DNA of 64,000 bases from Candidatus Ornithoclostridium faecigallinarum (GCA_018713665.1 DVOI01000040.1:1324-65323); one strand, 5' to 3'; shown: positions 43,654 to 52,786, counted from the first letter of the stretch. The notes: generated by a model not told the origin, from the sequence alone. Program-made: numbers and translations.

Positions 43654-46600
43654 ATGAAAAACTTCGCCAAACTATCCGTTTACAACGTCAATTCGCTCAA
43701 ACGCAGCGCGGCGGGCTTCCCGCTGGACAAGGACGGCAAGTCCACCGCCGTCTGTCTTGACGGCAAATGGAAGTTCAAATTCGTGCCGTCCATCGACCGC
43801 ATCCCCCAAGGATATGAAGCTGACGGCGTCGCCCCTGTCGGCTTTGACGAGATCGACGTCCCGTCCGAATGGCAGATCAAGGGCTTTGACACCCCCATCT
43901 ACACCAACTACATGTACCCCTACGCGCTCGCGCAGTTCAACCTGCTCGCAGTGCCAAAGGTCAAGGAGCGCAAGACGAGCGCCGGTTGCTATGTCACCGA
44001 GTTCGAATTCGACGGCGCCGACCGCGACGTCTTCCTGCGCTTCGACGGCATAAATTGCTGCGGCGACATCTATGTCAACGGCAAGTTCGTCGGCTACTCC
44101 GAGGACACGTTCAGCCCTCAGGAATACGACATCACCTCCGTCGTCCGCAAAGGCTCCAACAAGCTGGCGGTCACCGTCTATCGCTATTGCACCGGCAGCT
44201 ATCTCGAAGATCAGGACATGTGGCGCCTTTCGGGCATCTTCCGCAGCGTTTGGCTGATCGCGAAACCGCACACCGAGGTCATCGACTGCTTCTCGCTGTC
44301 GACGCTCAAAAACGACTACAAAGACGCCGATTTCGAGACCACCGTCACCCTCGCGTCGCGCAAAGACGAAGGCGCTTCATACGAGGTCAGGCTGACGTTG
44401 AGCGACGGCGACAAGGTCGTCGCCGAGCTGTCCGAGAACGTCGGCAAGCTCGCGGTCGGCAACAAGGACGTCAAATTGACCGCCGCGCTCAAAGACGTCA
44501 AGCTGTGGTCGGACGAATATCCCAACCTCTACCGCGTGCGTATAATTTTGCTTGCGGACGGCAAAGAGGTCGACAGACGCGAATACGACTTCGGCTTCCG
44601 CGAAGTGCGCATCCAAGGCATGAAGGACGGCAGAGGTCCGTTCATCTTGCTCAACGGCAGACCGATCAAGATCTACGGCGTCAACCGCCACGAGTTCCAC
44701 CCCTACCACGGGCACGCGGTGCCGCACGAGCTGATCGAGAAAGATCTGCTGCTGTGCAAAGCCAACAACATCACCGCGATCCGCAACTCGCACTACCCCA
44801 ATTGCGACGCATTCTATGAGATGTGCGACCGCATCGGCATCTTGGTCATGGCGGAGACAAATCTCGAGAGCCACGGGCTGGCGGCGTTCTTGCCGGCAAG
44901 CAGCAAAAAGTGGGTCGACCAATGCGTCTACCGTGCGATGAACATGGTTGAACGACTCAAAAACCACCCCTGCATAATCAGCTGGTCGCTGGGCAACGAG
45001 GCGGGCTTCGGCAAAGACTTTTTCGTAATGCGCGAGGCGGTCCTTGCGCGCGACACTTCGCGCTTCATCCACTACGAACCTGACCAATCGGGCAAGGTCG
45101 GCGACGTGCTGAGCGAGATGTACTCCCACGTCGAAAAGATGCCGGTCATCGGCGAAAACAAACCGATGCGCCACTGCCTTGCGCTCTGGTCGCCGCTCGG
45201 CAGCAAATACACGCCCGACATGTACCGCGACCTGCCCTTCATACAATGCGAATATGCGCATTGCATGGGCAACGCTCTCGGCGACTTCTCCGACTATTGG
45301 GACATGTTCCGCAAATACGACCGCCTCGCCGGCGGCTTCATCTGGGACTTCGCCGACCAGGCGATCCACCGCGAGATCGACGGCAAGGACGCGTGGCTGT
45401 ACGGCGGCGACTTCGGCGACAAGCCAAATGCAGGCAGGTTTGCGTTCAACGGCATCGTCCGCGGCGACCGCTCCCCCAACCCTGCGCTTTATGAAGTCAA
45501 GTATCAATACGCGAAGGCGGGCTTTGAGTATGAAGACGGCAAATTGACCGTCACCAACCGGCACAACTTCACCGACCTCGACGAGTATGAGACGGTCGTC
45601 TCCTATGTCGCCGAAGGTGAGGAATTGGCAAGCAAGACGAGCGTCGTCAAGTGCGCTCCCGGCGAGAAGGCGCAAGTGCCGCTCCCCGAAAAGTGCGATT
45701 TCCCGGAGGGGAAAGAGGTCGTCCTCAACGTCCGCCTGCTGACGACAAAGGACATGCCCTACGCCAAGGCGGGGCACGTCGCAGCGACGGGTCAATTCGT
45801 CGTCAAGCCGTTCGATTTTTCGGCGCCCGTGTTTACAAAAGGCGTTCAATGCACCTCGGTCAGCGGCGGCTGGACGATCACTGCGGGCGACGTCTCCTAT
45901 TCGCTCGGCAGCAACGGCTACATCACCTCGGCGGTCGCCGGCGGCAAAGAATTGCTCTCCGCGCCGATACGCCCCAACTTCGCTCGCGCGACGATCGACA
46001 ACGACGCTCTGCCCCAAGTGCCGAGCATCATCTCCACGCTTTTCATGGGCAAAGACAAGGGCATCCGCGCTCAAAAGAGACTGCGCGCAAAGAGCGTCAA
46101 CGTCTTTGAGAACGACGGCGTCGTCACCGCGGAGATCTGCTGGTCGATGCCGCACACCAAACATCTCAAGACCACCTACACCTTCTCGGGTGACGGCTCC
46201 GTCCGCCTCGCGATGTCGCTGAACGTCAAGTGCAGCATGGAACGCTACGGCTTCACCTTCCGTCTCGCCGAGGGCATCGACGGCGTGTCGCTGTACGGCA
46301 AAGGTCCGCACGAGAATTATTGCGACCGCGCGACGGGTGCGGAACTCGGCGTTTGGTCGGGCAAGGCGGAAGAGATGATCCACGACTATCTCTACCCCCA
46401 AGAGAACGGCAACCACACCGGCGTGAGATACGCCTCGATCGGCGGCAAAGAGGGAGTGACGCTCCGCGCGGTCGGCAAGCCGTTCGAGATGACCGTCCAC
46501 CCCTACACCTATGAGATGTTGCAAAACGCACAGCATCTGCACGAACTCGGAAGAGAAAACGCGCTCACCGTCTGCGTGGACGGCAAACAGCGCGGCGTCG

Positions 46601-46698
46601 GCGGCGACACCCCGGCGATGGCGTGCACAAAGCCGCAATACGACATCTTGCCCGGCAAGATCCACACGTTGGACTTCACTCTCAAATTCAACGCCTGA
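43654..46698 (+). CDS. lacZ: Beta-galactosidase, glycoside hydrolase family 2
   Basis: GVNRHEFHP, WSLGNEAG (acid/base Glu), CEYAHCMGN (nucleophile Glu) and a C-terminal small-chain domain. Length 1014 aa. Confidence 0.9.
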   Translation: MKNFAKLSVYNVNSLKRSAAGFPLDKDGKSTAVCLDGKWKFKFVPSIDRIPQGYEADGVAPVGFDEIDVPSEWQIKGFDTPIYTNYMYPYALAQFNLLAVPKVKERKTSAGCYVTEFEFDGADRDVFLRFDGINCCGDIYVNGKFVGYSEDTFSPQEYDITSVVRKGSNKLAVTVYRYCTGSYLEDQDMWRLSGIFRSVWLIAKPHTEVIDCFSLSTLKNDYKDADFETTVTLASRKDEGASYEVRLTLSDGDKVVAELSENVGKLAVGNKDVKLTAALKDVKLWSDEYPNLYRVRIILLADGKEVDRREYDFGFREVRIQGMKDGRGPFILLNGRPIKIYGVNRHEFHPYHGHAVPHELIEKDLLLCKANNITAIRNSHYPNCDAFYEMCDRIGILVMAETNLESHGLAAFLPASSKKWVDQCVYRAMNMVERLKNHPCIISWSLGNEAGFGKDFFVMREAVLARDTSRFIHYEPDQSGKVGDVLSEMYSHVEKMPVIGENKPMRHCLALWSPLGSKYTPDMYRDLPFIQCEYAHCMGNALGDFSDYWDMFRKYDRLAGGFIWDFADQAIHREIDGKDAWLYGGDFGDKPNAGRFAFNGIVRGDRSPNPALYEVKYQYAKAGFEYEDGKLTVTNRHNFTDLDEYETVVSYVAEGEELASKTSVVKCAPGEKAQVPLPEKCDFPEGKEVVLNVRLLTTKDMPYAKAGHVAATGQFVVKPFDFSAPVFTKGVQCTSVSGGWTITAGDVSYSLGSNGYITSAVAGGKELLSAPIRPNFARATIDNDALPQVPSIISTLFMGKDKGIRAQKRLRAKSVNVFENDGVVTAEICWSMPHTKHLKTTYTFSGDGSVRLAMSLNVKCSMERYGFTFRLAEGIDGVSLYGKGPHENYCDRATGAELGVWSGKAEEMIHDYLYPQENGNHTGVRYASIGGKEGVTLRAVGKPFEMTVHPYTYEMLQNAQHLHELGRENALTVCVDGKQRGVGGDTPAMACTKPQYDILPGKIHTLDFTLKFNA

Positions 46699-46712
46699 CG
46701 CGACAAAATGCA

Positions 46713-46746
46713 ATCGCCGCTCCGATTGGAGCGGCGATATTTTTTG
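46713..46746 (+). terminator. Rho-independent terminator of the GH2 gene
   Basis: atcgccgctcc-gatt-ggagcggcgat followed by atttttt. Confidence 0.8.
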
Positions 46747-46756
46747 CTTTGAGCAT

Positions 46757-46780
46757 AAAAAAGGAGCGGATGACCGCTCC
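46757..46780 (-). terminator. Rho-independent terminator of the rplU-prp-rpmA operon
   Basis: On the reverse strand, stem GGAGCGG/CCGCTCC is followed by TTTTTT. Confidence 0.75.
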
Positions 46781-46799
46781 TCGATTTGTTTGCGTGAAC

Positions 46800-47081
46800 T
46801 TACTCCGCCTTTGCGTAAACGCTCACTTGCTTCTTGTCCTTGCCCTTGCGCTCGAACCTGACGACGCCGTCGATCAGCGCATAGAGAGTGTCGTCACCGC
46901 CCTTGCCGACGTTGTTGCCGTCGTGGAACTTGGTGCCTCTCTGTCTGACAAGGATGCTGCCTGCGGTGACAAATTGACCGTCCGACCTCTTGACGCCGAG
47001 ACGCTTCGCCTCGGAGTCTCTGCCGTTACGGGTGGAGCCGCCGCCTTTCTTGTGCGCGAAAAGCTGTATATTGATGAACAT
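46800..47081 (-). CDS. rpmA: 50S ribosomal protein L27 with a cleavable N-terminal extension
   Basis: [23 protein letters not shown]: the Firmicutes-type propeptide precedes the conserved HKKG. Confidence 0.95.
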   Translation of the reverse strand: MFINIQLFAHKKGGGSTRNGRDSEAKRLGVKRSDGQFVTAGSILVRQRGTKFHDGNNVGKGGDDTLYALIDGVVRFERKGKDKKQVSVYAKAE

Positions 47082-47082
47082 C

Positions 47083-47409
47083 TTATTTTACCTCCAATTC
47101 GATGAAGTCCGAATAGCCTTGGTTGAGATCCGCGACCCCCAAGAGCATTGTCTCGAGGACGATGTCGCAGTCGTGACGGACCTTTTCGTCAAGGTCGTCG
47201 GGGAGTGCCATTTTGAGGTATCCCCTCTCGTCCGTGCGGTAGTCGAGCTTGACCCCGACCACTTGAAGCAACCCGAGCGCCGCCGTCTGGACAATCGACG
47301 AGAGCGCCGCGCAGACGATGTCTTCGCCCTGCTCTCCGTACCCGGTGTGACCTGTGCACTCGACCGAAACTATTCTGTTGTTGCGTCTTGTGACGGCAAC
47401 GTGTGTCAT
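47083..47409 (-). CDS. prp: Ribosomal-processing cysteine protease Prp (YsxB family)
   Basis: ECTGHTGYG...DIVCAALS His/Cys dyad context. The gene sits between rplU and rpmA. Confidence 0.9.
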   Translation of the reverse strand: MTHVAVTRRNNRIVSVECTGHTGYGEQGEDIVCAALSSIVQTAALGLLQVVGVKLDYRTDERGYLKMALPDDLDEKVRHDCDIVLETMLLGVADLNQGYSDFIELEVK

Positions 47410-47714
47410 TATGCCTTGATCTCGGCGATCTTGAGCGCGGTGTACGGCTGTCTGTGGCCCTGACGCTTGCGCTCGTTCTTCTTCGCCTTGTACTTGAAGA
47501 CGATGATCTTCTTCGCCTTGTCCTGCGCGACGACTTCGGCGACAACGCTCGCCTTGGCTGCGTCTGCGCCAATGACCACGTTGCCCTCATCGCACAGCAT
47601 GACGACGGGAAGTTCGACCTTGTCTCCGACGTTCGCGTCAAGCTTTTCGACCTTCACGATCTGGTCCTTTTCGACCTTGTACTGCTTGCCGCCGCTGGTA
47701 ACGATTGCGTACAT
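47409..47714 (-). CDS. rplU: 50S ribosomal protein L21
   Basis: MYAIVTSGGKQYKVEKDQIVKVEKL...KKNERKRQGHRQPYT. Confidence 0.95.
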   Translation of the reverse strand: MYAIVTSGGKQYKVEKDQIVKVEKLDANVGDKVELPVVMLCDEGNVVIGADAAKASVVAEVVAQDKAKKIIVFKYKAKKNERKRQGHRQPYTALKIAEIKA

Positions 47715-47824
47715 TGATTTACCTCCTCTTTCCAGTCTCGCTGACTCGGGTGTTGCGAAGCAAACTTGAGACCCTTCTCATGCGGCTCGACGTATATATT
47801 AGCATAACGCGCGCGACGTGTCAA
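47715..47824 (-). promoter_or_regulatory. rplU promoter and ~75-nt 5' leader (possible L21-type ribosomal leader)
   Basis: Reverse strand reads TTGACA (47824-47819), 17 nt, TAATAT (47801-47796). The leader contains a GGTCTC...GAGACT helix before SD GAGGAGG. Assignment to the L21 leader family was not verified. Confidence 0.4.
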
Positions 47825-47862
47825 ACAAAAAATGCACTTTGTTCGCAAAAACGCATTTTTCA

Positions 47863-47892
47863 TTTAAGTTTCGTGTAATTTTTGTCAAGAGA
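47863..47892 (-). repeat. Second copy of the 30-nt element (tctcttgacaaaaattacacgaaacttaaa on the reverse strand)
   Basis: Matches 29867-29896 at 29 of 30 positions. It lies about 40 nt upstream of the rplU -35 box. Confidence 0.8.
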
Positions 47893-48003
47893 TGCGCGCA
47901 GACTTTTTTGCGATATTTACGAACATATGCCTCGTGATCGCCTCGTTTGACCTCGCATATTCGGTTTGCAACGCAAACGGAACAGGCAAAGCGTCGGCTG
48001 TCG

Positions 48004-49827
48004 TCACGGATGAAAATGCTTATACACCGCCTGCGCCGCCGGCAAGTTCATCCCTTTGACCGCGGCGAGCTGTTCGACGCTCGCGCTCTTGATCGCGGCG
48101 ACCGTGCCGAAATGCTTGTAGAGTGCTTTGACCCTGCCCTCGCCCACGCCGGGGACGGACAGCAATTCGCTGACGGTCTGCGACTTTTTGCGCAGCTGAC
48201 GGTGGAACGTGATTGCAAAACGGTGCGCCTCGTCGCGTATGCGCTGCAAAAGTTTGAGCGCATAGCTGTTTCGCGGCAAAATGACCGGCTCGCTTTGCCC
48301 GGGCAAAAACACCTCTTCTTCCCGCTTGGCGAGGCTGATGAATGGGATGTCCGTGACGCCGAGCGCGGTCACGATCTCCATGACCGAAGACAGCTGTCCC
48401 TTGCCTCCGTCGATGACGATGAGGTCGGGACGCGCGCCGAGGCTGTCATCCTCGCTGCCCTCTTTGAGCTCGGTCAGCCGCCTTGTCAGCGTCTCCTGCA
48501 AAGAGGCGAAATCGTCGTTGCCCTCGACGGTCTTGATGCGGAATTTGCGATATGCCGCCTTGTCGGGTTCGCCGTTGGTGAACACGACCATCGACGCGAC
48601 CTTGTTCGTGCCGCTGATGTGTGAGATGTCATAGCACTCCATGCGCGCCGGCATGCGTTCGAGATGCAGATATTCCGCCAATTGCATCACCGCGCCAATC
48701 GTCATGTTGTCCTGCCTCTCCTTGATTGAAAGCGACTTTTCGAGATAGTCGCGCGCGTTGGACGACGCCATGTCGCACAGCTGCCGCCTCACTCCCTGGC
48801 GAGGGGTGATGACGTTGATCTTTTTGCCGAATTTTTCGGACAGATATTGTTGCAAGACGTCCGCGTCCTCGATGTCAACGGACAACACCGCCTCGTCGGG
48901 CGCGAGTACGTCGCCGTCATAAAAGCGCATCACAAAATTGGACAAAGTGATCGCGTCGCTCAAGCCGTAATCGTTGACGACGAATTTGTCGCCGCCGACC
49001 ACCTTGCCTGCGCGGACAAACAGCAGCGCGACGACGGTATTGAGCCCGTTGCTCTCAATCGCGAACACGTCGAGGTCGAAATCTTTGGGAAGCGCGCCGA
49101 CCTGCCTGCGGACGAGCTTGTCGAGCACCTGCAATTTTTGCCTGTAATTGAGCGCAAGCTCATACTCTTCCCTCTCCGCCGCCTCGTTCATCTTGTCGGT
49201 CAGCAGCTTGGCGACCGACTTGTCGTTGCCGGACAAAAAGGCTATCACCTCTTTGATGATGGCGCCGTACTCCTCTTTGGTTATCTTGCCGGCGCAGGGT
49301 GCGTAGCAGCGCTTGATGTGATAGTTGAGGCACGGACGATGTCCCGCCGGGACGCGCTTCATGTCCAGCTTGCAGTCTCGCAGACAAAACGCGCTGTTGA
49401 TGAGGTCGGTGATCTCCTTCGCCGTGATGCCGATCATGTACGGACCGAAATATTTGGACCCGTCGCTCTTCAGCTTGCGCACGACCTCGACGCGCGGAAA
49501 GTCCGCCTTGACGTCAATCTTGACAAAGGGATAGCTCTTGTCGTCTTTGAGCAAAATGTTGTAGGGCGGCTTGTGCTTTTTGATGAGATTGTTCTCGAGC
49601 ACGAGCGCCTCGACTTCGCTCCGCGTGATGATGTATTTGATGTCGTCGACTTTGGCGACAAGTTTGAGCACCTTTTCGGTGCGGTTTGCCTTGTTGCCGA
49701 AATATTGATGCACGCGCTTGAACAGATCTTTCGCCTTGCCGACGTACAAGATCTGTCCGCTCGCTCCGTACATGATGTAGACGCCGCTGCTGTGCGGCAA
49801 ATCTTTGAGTATCGACGCTATGTCCAT
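48004..49827 (-). CDS. uvrC: Excinuclease ABC subunit C
   Basis: GIY-YIG (SGVYIMYGASGQILYVGKAKDL), a UvrBC-interaction region, an endonuclease domain and a C-terminal (HhH)2. Confidence 0.95.
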   Translation of the reverse strand: MDIASILKDLPHSSGVYIMYGASGQILYVGKAKDLFKRVHQYFGNKANRTEKVLKLVAKVDDIKYIITRSEVEALVLENNLIKKHKPPYNILLKDDKSYPFVKIDVKADFPRVEVVRKLKSDGSKYFGPYMIGITAKEITDLINSAFCLRDCKLDMKRVPAGHRPCLNYHIKRCYAPCAGKITKEEYGAIIKEVIAFLSGNDKSVAKLLTDKMNEAAEREEYELALNYRQKLQVLDKLVRRQVGALPKDFDLDVFAIESNGLNTVVALLFVRAGKVVGGDKFVVNDYGLSDAITLSNFVMRFYDGDVLAPDEAVLSVDIEDADVLQQYLSEKFGKKINVITPRQGVRRQLCDMASSNARDYLEKSLSIKERQDNMTIGAVMQLAEYLHLERMPARMECYDISHISGTNKVASMVVFTNGEPDKAAYRKFRIKTVEGNDDFASLQETLTRRLTELKEGSEDDSLGARPDLIVIDGGKGQLSSVMEIVTALGVTDIPFISLAKREEEVFLPGQSEPVILPRNSYALKLLQRIRDEAHRFAITFHRQLRKKSQTVSELLSVPGVGEGRVKALYKHFGTVAAIKSASVEQLAAVKGMNLPAAQAVYKHFHP

Positions 49828-49869
49828 ACCGAAATGATACCACAATCGCGCGCGTTTTGCAAGCGCAAG

Positions 49870-50220
49870 CTATCTGCGCCGCAACCGCCTCGCCCCGGTC
49901 AGCATCACCTCTGAAACGTACGGATCGACGATTGTGTAGAGCGTCAGCCGACCCGCTCTTCTCGACGCGACGATGCCTGCGTCCTTGAGCAGGCGCAATT
50001 GATGGGACACCGTGCTTTGCTCGCTCGCCAGAAAAAAGCAAAGATCGGCGACGCAGAGATCTTTCATCGACAGCGCGGACAAGATCTTGAGCCTCGTCTC
50101 GTCCGAAAACACCGCAAAAAATCTCGCTATGCCGCCAAGCGAGCGGCTCGGCGGCATGCTCTCCAAAATGTTGCGCTCCTGACGCTCATCCACCGTCAAA
50201 CAGCCTCTGTACATAGTCAT
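49870..50220 (-). CDS. ArsR/SmtB-family metalloregulatory transcription factor
   Basis: FAVFSDETRLKILSAL...DLCVADLC...STVSHQLRLLKDAGIV is a winged HTH with a partial alpha3 Cys site (compare ELCVCDL). Confidence 0.85.
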   Translation of the reverse strand: MTMYRGCLTVDERQERNILESMPPSRSLGGIARFFAVFSDETRLKILSALSMKDLCVADLCFFLASEQSTVSHQLRLLKDAGIVASRRAGRLTLYTIVDPYVSEVMLTGARRLRRR

Positions 50221-50355
50221 AGCAAACTCCTTGCGCGCGGACCGAATTGCATAACCGCGTCCGCATACGCGTCGTCATATGAGCATATTATATAGCGACC
50301 GATGCGGCGCAAAGTGGCGCGTTGAGTCGAAATTTAGCTTTTTTCGGAGGACAAG

Positions 50356-50529
50356 ATGAACTCAAACTTTTTGCTGTTGCTGCTGCTCGCGATGAACAAC
50401 AACGGCGGCGGTCAGACCAACTCGTGCGATCCGCTGTCTCTGATCTTCTGCTGCCTGTCGTTCGCCAACTGTCTCGGCTGCCGCGCCGCCGACATAGGTC
50501 AAAGCGTTTGTCCGGGGCAAAACAATTGA
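50356..50529 (+). CDS. Unannotated small ORF: 57-aa hydrophobic, six-cysteine peptide
   Basis: Below the ORF-track size cutoff. SD GGAGGA lies 5 nt upstream of the ATG. Sequence MNSNFLLLLLLAMNNNGGGQTNSCDPLSLIFCCLSFANCLGCRAADIGQSVCPGQNN. GC3-rich codons; the stop lies a few nt upstream of a strong terminator. Confidence 0.6.
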   Translation: MNSNFLLLLLLAMNNNGGGQTNSCDPLSLIFCCLSFANCLGCRAADIGQSVCPGQNN

Positions 50530-50530
50530 C

Positions 50531-50563
50531 AAAAGGACGCACCGAAAGGCGCGTCCCTTTTTT
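50531..50563. terminator. Bidirectional rho-independent terminator shared by the two convergent mini-ORFs
   Basis: aaaa-ggacgcacc-gaaa-ggcgcgtcc-cttttttt. Confidence 0.8.
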
Positions 50564-50693
50564 AGGCGTACCATCCGCACGGATTCATCCAATAGGGGTA
50601 CGTCCACATACAATTGCAGGCGCGAGTCGAAGCGTTGCAGCACGGCGGACTGTCGCACGGCAACATATATCCGTATTGACTGTACAAGTACAC
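50562..50693 (-). CDS. Unannotated small ORF: ~43-aa Cys/Tyr/Trp/Pro-rich peptide
   Basis: C-terminal part of ORF 50562-50822. SD GAGGAGG lies 7 nt upstream of the GTG at 50693. Alternative starts are 50696 and the ATG at 50666. Sequence (V/M)YLYSQYGYMLPCDSPPCCNASTRACNCMWTYPYWMNPCGWYA. The stop abuts the shared terminator. Confidence 0.5.
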   Translation of the reverse strand: MYLYSQYGYMLPCDSPPCCNASTRACNCMWTYPYWMNPCGWYA

Positions 50694-50777
50694 CACCTCA
50701 CCTCCTCGTTGAAATCGATGATGTAACCCACGCCCCGTTATCATGATATGCACGCAAATACGGATGCGTTCACCACA

Positions 50778-50808
50778 CAAAATGCGGCGGAGTGGCAAAC
50801 TCCGCCGC
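50778..50808 (-). terminator. Rho-independent terminator of spoIVA
   Basis: On the reverse strand, stem GCGGCGGAGT/ACTCCGCCGC is followed by ATTTTG. Confidence 0.7.
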
Positions 50809-50868
50809 GCGATTAGTATCAATTATTTTCAATTAGTATTAATTATTTTATAGACAATAGTACCGCCG

Positions 50869-52347
50869 TCACAACAATATACACAGCACTCCGCCCCTGC
50901 CTTCGTTGACGATGCGCGTCACTGTCTTGCGCAGCTTCGCTCTCGCCTCTTCGGGCATCGACGACAGCTTGCCGGTCAAGCCGTCGCGCGCAAGCACGTT
51001 GAGCGACTTGCCGAGCATGTTGGTCTGCCATATCCCCTCGGTGTCGTCCCCGAACGTGTCCAGCCAATCCTTGACCATATCCTCATCCTGCGCCTCGGTG
51101 CCGAGAATGGGATTGACCTCTGTCTCGACGTCGACTTTGAGAATGTGGTATGACGGCGCGCTCGCCCTCATCTTTATGCCGAATCGCGAGCCCTTGTGGA
51201 CGATCTCGGGACGCTCAAACTCCATATCTTCGAGTTCGGGCGCGGTCACACCGTAGCCGTAGTTGTCCGCGTCCTCGATCGCCGCGGCGAGCTTGTCGTA
51301 ACGGCGCTTCGCCTCGCTCATCTCGCGGATTGCACCGACCAGCTTAAATTCGTCGCCTATGTCCACCCCGCATTGACGCGACAGCACGCGATAGAACAAG
51401 TCCTTTTTGGGGCACACGTCGAGCACTATCCTTCCCTTTGCGTAGTCCGCTTCAATGCCCGACAGCTTTTCGATGTCGCCGCTGTCGTCGAACATGGACG
51501 AAAAGACGCTGTAATCTGCCATCACGTTCGCCTTTGCCGCATATCCTGCGACGCGCGCCGTGATGTCGGCGATGATCGGATCGTCCGCAGGCAGCGCCCT
51601 CAGCCAATCGGGCAGTTTCGCTCCGACCGACTCTATCGGGAACGCTCCGAGCACGCATTCTATGATTGCGACAAGCGCGTCTCTGTCCATATGCGCGACG
51701 TTTTGAATAACTACGGGGACGTTGTAGACGCCGCGCATCGCCTCGGCGAGCTTTTTGGTCTCGGCGTCACGTTCGTGCCGCGTGTTGAGCACGATGACGT
51801 ACGGCTTGCCTATCGCGGCGAGTTCCGCCGCCACGCGGCGTTCGGCGTCGACGTATTCGGCGCGCGGCGCTTCGGTGACGCTGCCATCGCTGGTCACCAA
51901 AATTCCGATCGTCGAGTGGTCGCGGATCACCTTGCGCGTGCCCGTCTCCGCCGCCTCGTCGAACGGCATCTTTTCTTCGCTCCACGGCGTATCGACCATC
52001 CTTGTCTTGCCGTCGCCGTCCGCCGTCGCCGCCGACGGAATCATATATCCGACGCAATCGATCAGTCTGACGTTCGCCTTTTTGCCGTCGCCGAGATCGA
52101 TTGTCTCGCCGCCGTCGGGCACAAACTTGGGCTGCGTGGTCATCACAGCCTTGCCGTCCGCCGACTGCGGCAGCTCGTCCGTGACGCGCTTGCGGCGGTG
52201 TTTGTCCTCGATACCGTCGAGCAATGCAAGCTCGGCAAACTTTTTGATGAAGGTCGACTTGCCCGTCCTCACGGGCCCGACCACTCCTATATAGATGTCG
52301 CCGCCCGTCCTCTCGGCGATGTCCTTGTATAAATCGAATTGCTGCAT
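50869..52347 (-). CDS. spoIVA: Stage IV sporulation protein A (spore coat morphogenetic ATPase)
   Basis: MQQFDLYKDIAERTGGDIYIGVVGPVRTGKSTFIKKF (Walker A) and 492 aa, collinear with SpoIVA. Upstream GCATATT-N18-CATATAT resembles a sigma-E promoter. Confidence 0.95.
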   Translation of the reverse strand: MQQFDLYKDIAERTGGDIYIGVVGPVRTGKSTFIKKFAELALLDGIEDKHRRKRVTDELPQSADGKAVMTTQPKFVPDGGETIDLGDGKKANVRLIDCVGYMIPSAATADGDGKTRMVDTPWSEEKMPFDEAAETGTRKVIRDHSTIGILVTSDGSVTEAPRAEYVDAERRVAAELAAIGKPYVIVLNTRHERDAETKKLAEAMRGVYNVPVVIQNVAHMDRDALVAIIECVLGAFPIESVGAKLPDWLRALPADDPIIADITARVAGYAAKANVMADYSVFSSMFDDSGDIEKLSGIEADYAKGRIVLDVCPKKDLFYRVLSRQCGVDIGDEFKLVGAIREMSEAKRRYDKLAAAIEDADNYGYGVTAPELEDMEFERPEIVHKGSRFGIKMRASAPSYHILKVDVETEVNPILGTEAQDEDMVKDWLDTFGDDTEGIWQTNMLGKSLNVLARDGLTGKLSSMPEEARAKLRKTVTRIVNEGRGGVLCILL

Positions 52348-52473
52348 GGTTACCTCCGGGGCTTTGTTCGATATATGATATTCGCCGCCGCAGCGAATAT
52401 GCCGAAGCGGTCGGATATTTCGGCGACAAAAAACGGCTCCGCCTTCGCGAAGCCGCCGTTTTGCCGCTCGGAT

Positions 52474-52725
52474 TCAGCCCTTGAGCCCGTTCTCCTGCCG
52501 CGCCATATTCTCTACGACGACGTCGTAAATGTCGCCGAGATCGGAACAATATTCCAGCACCCTCCACGGCGTGTCCGTGTGGTAGTGGATTTTGATCAAC
52601 TCGTCGTCGCCGACGACAAGCAGGCAATCGCCCTTGATGTGCGTCTCGATGTACGCCTTGATCTCGTCGGCGTCGAGTTCCTCTCCGTCGATGAGCAATT
52701 GTGTGTCAAAAGTGTATTCTGTCAT
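52474..52725 (-). CDS. Small protein (83 aa) resembling the central domain of DAK2-fusion proteins (YloV/FakA type)
   Basis: GDCLLVVGDDELIKIHYHTDTPWRVLEYCSDLGDIYDVVVENMARQ parallels GDSLLVV.DD...KVH.HT..P..VL.....G.L..I.IENM..Q of YloV-like proteins. Assignment is from memory. Confidence 0.55.
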   Translation of the reverse strand: MTEYTFDTQLLIDGEELDADEIKAYIETHIKGDCLLVVGDDELIKIHYHTDTPWRVLEYCSDLGDIYDVVVENMARQENGLKG

Positions 52726-52786
52726 TTCTCTCTCCGCAGTTGAGCCCCGCCGAGCCCGGAAACGGACTCGGCGAGGCGATGTTTTG

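Noticed and set aside
50356-50693. SCIFF/ranthipeptide-type RiPP precursors
   Set aside because: No radical-SAM or other maturase gene is nearby. The sequences do not resemble the SCIFF consensus as I remember it. This is kept only as a minor alternative in the finding.
50288-50726. Track ORFs 50322-50726 (+, 134 aa) and 50288-50542 (-, 84 aa) as alternatives to the mini-ORFs
   Set aside because: The plus-strand ORF (50322-50726) reads straight through the strong bidirectional terminator. Both are Arg/Ser-rich and lack an SD. The mini-ORFs have an SD, GC3-rich codons and stops at or just before the terminator.
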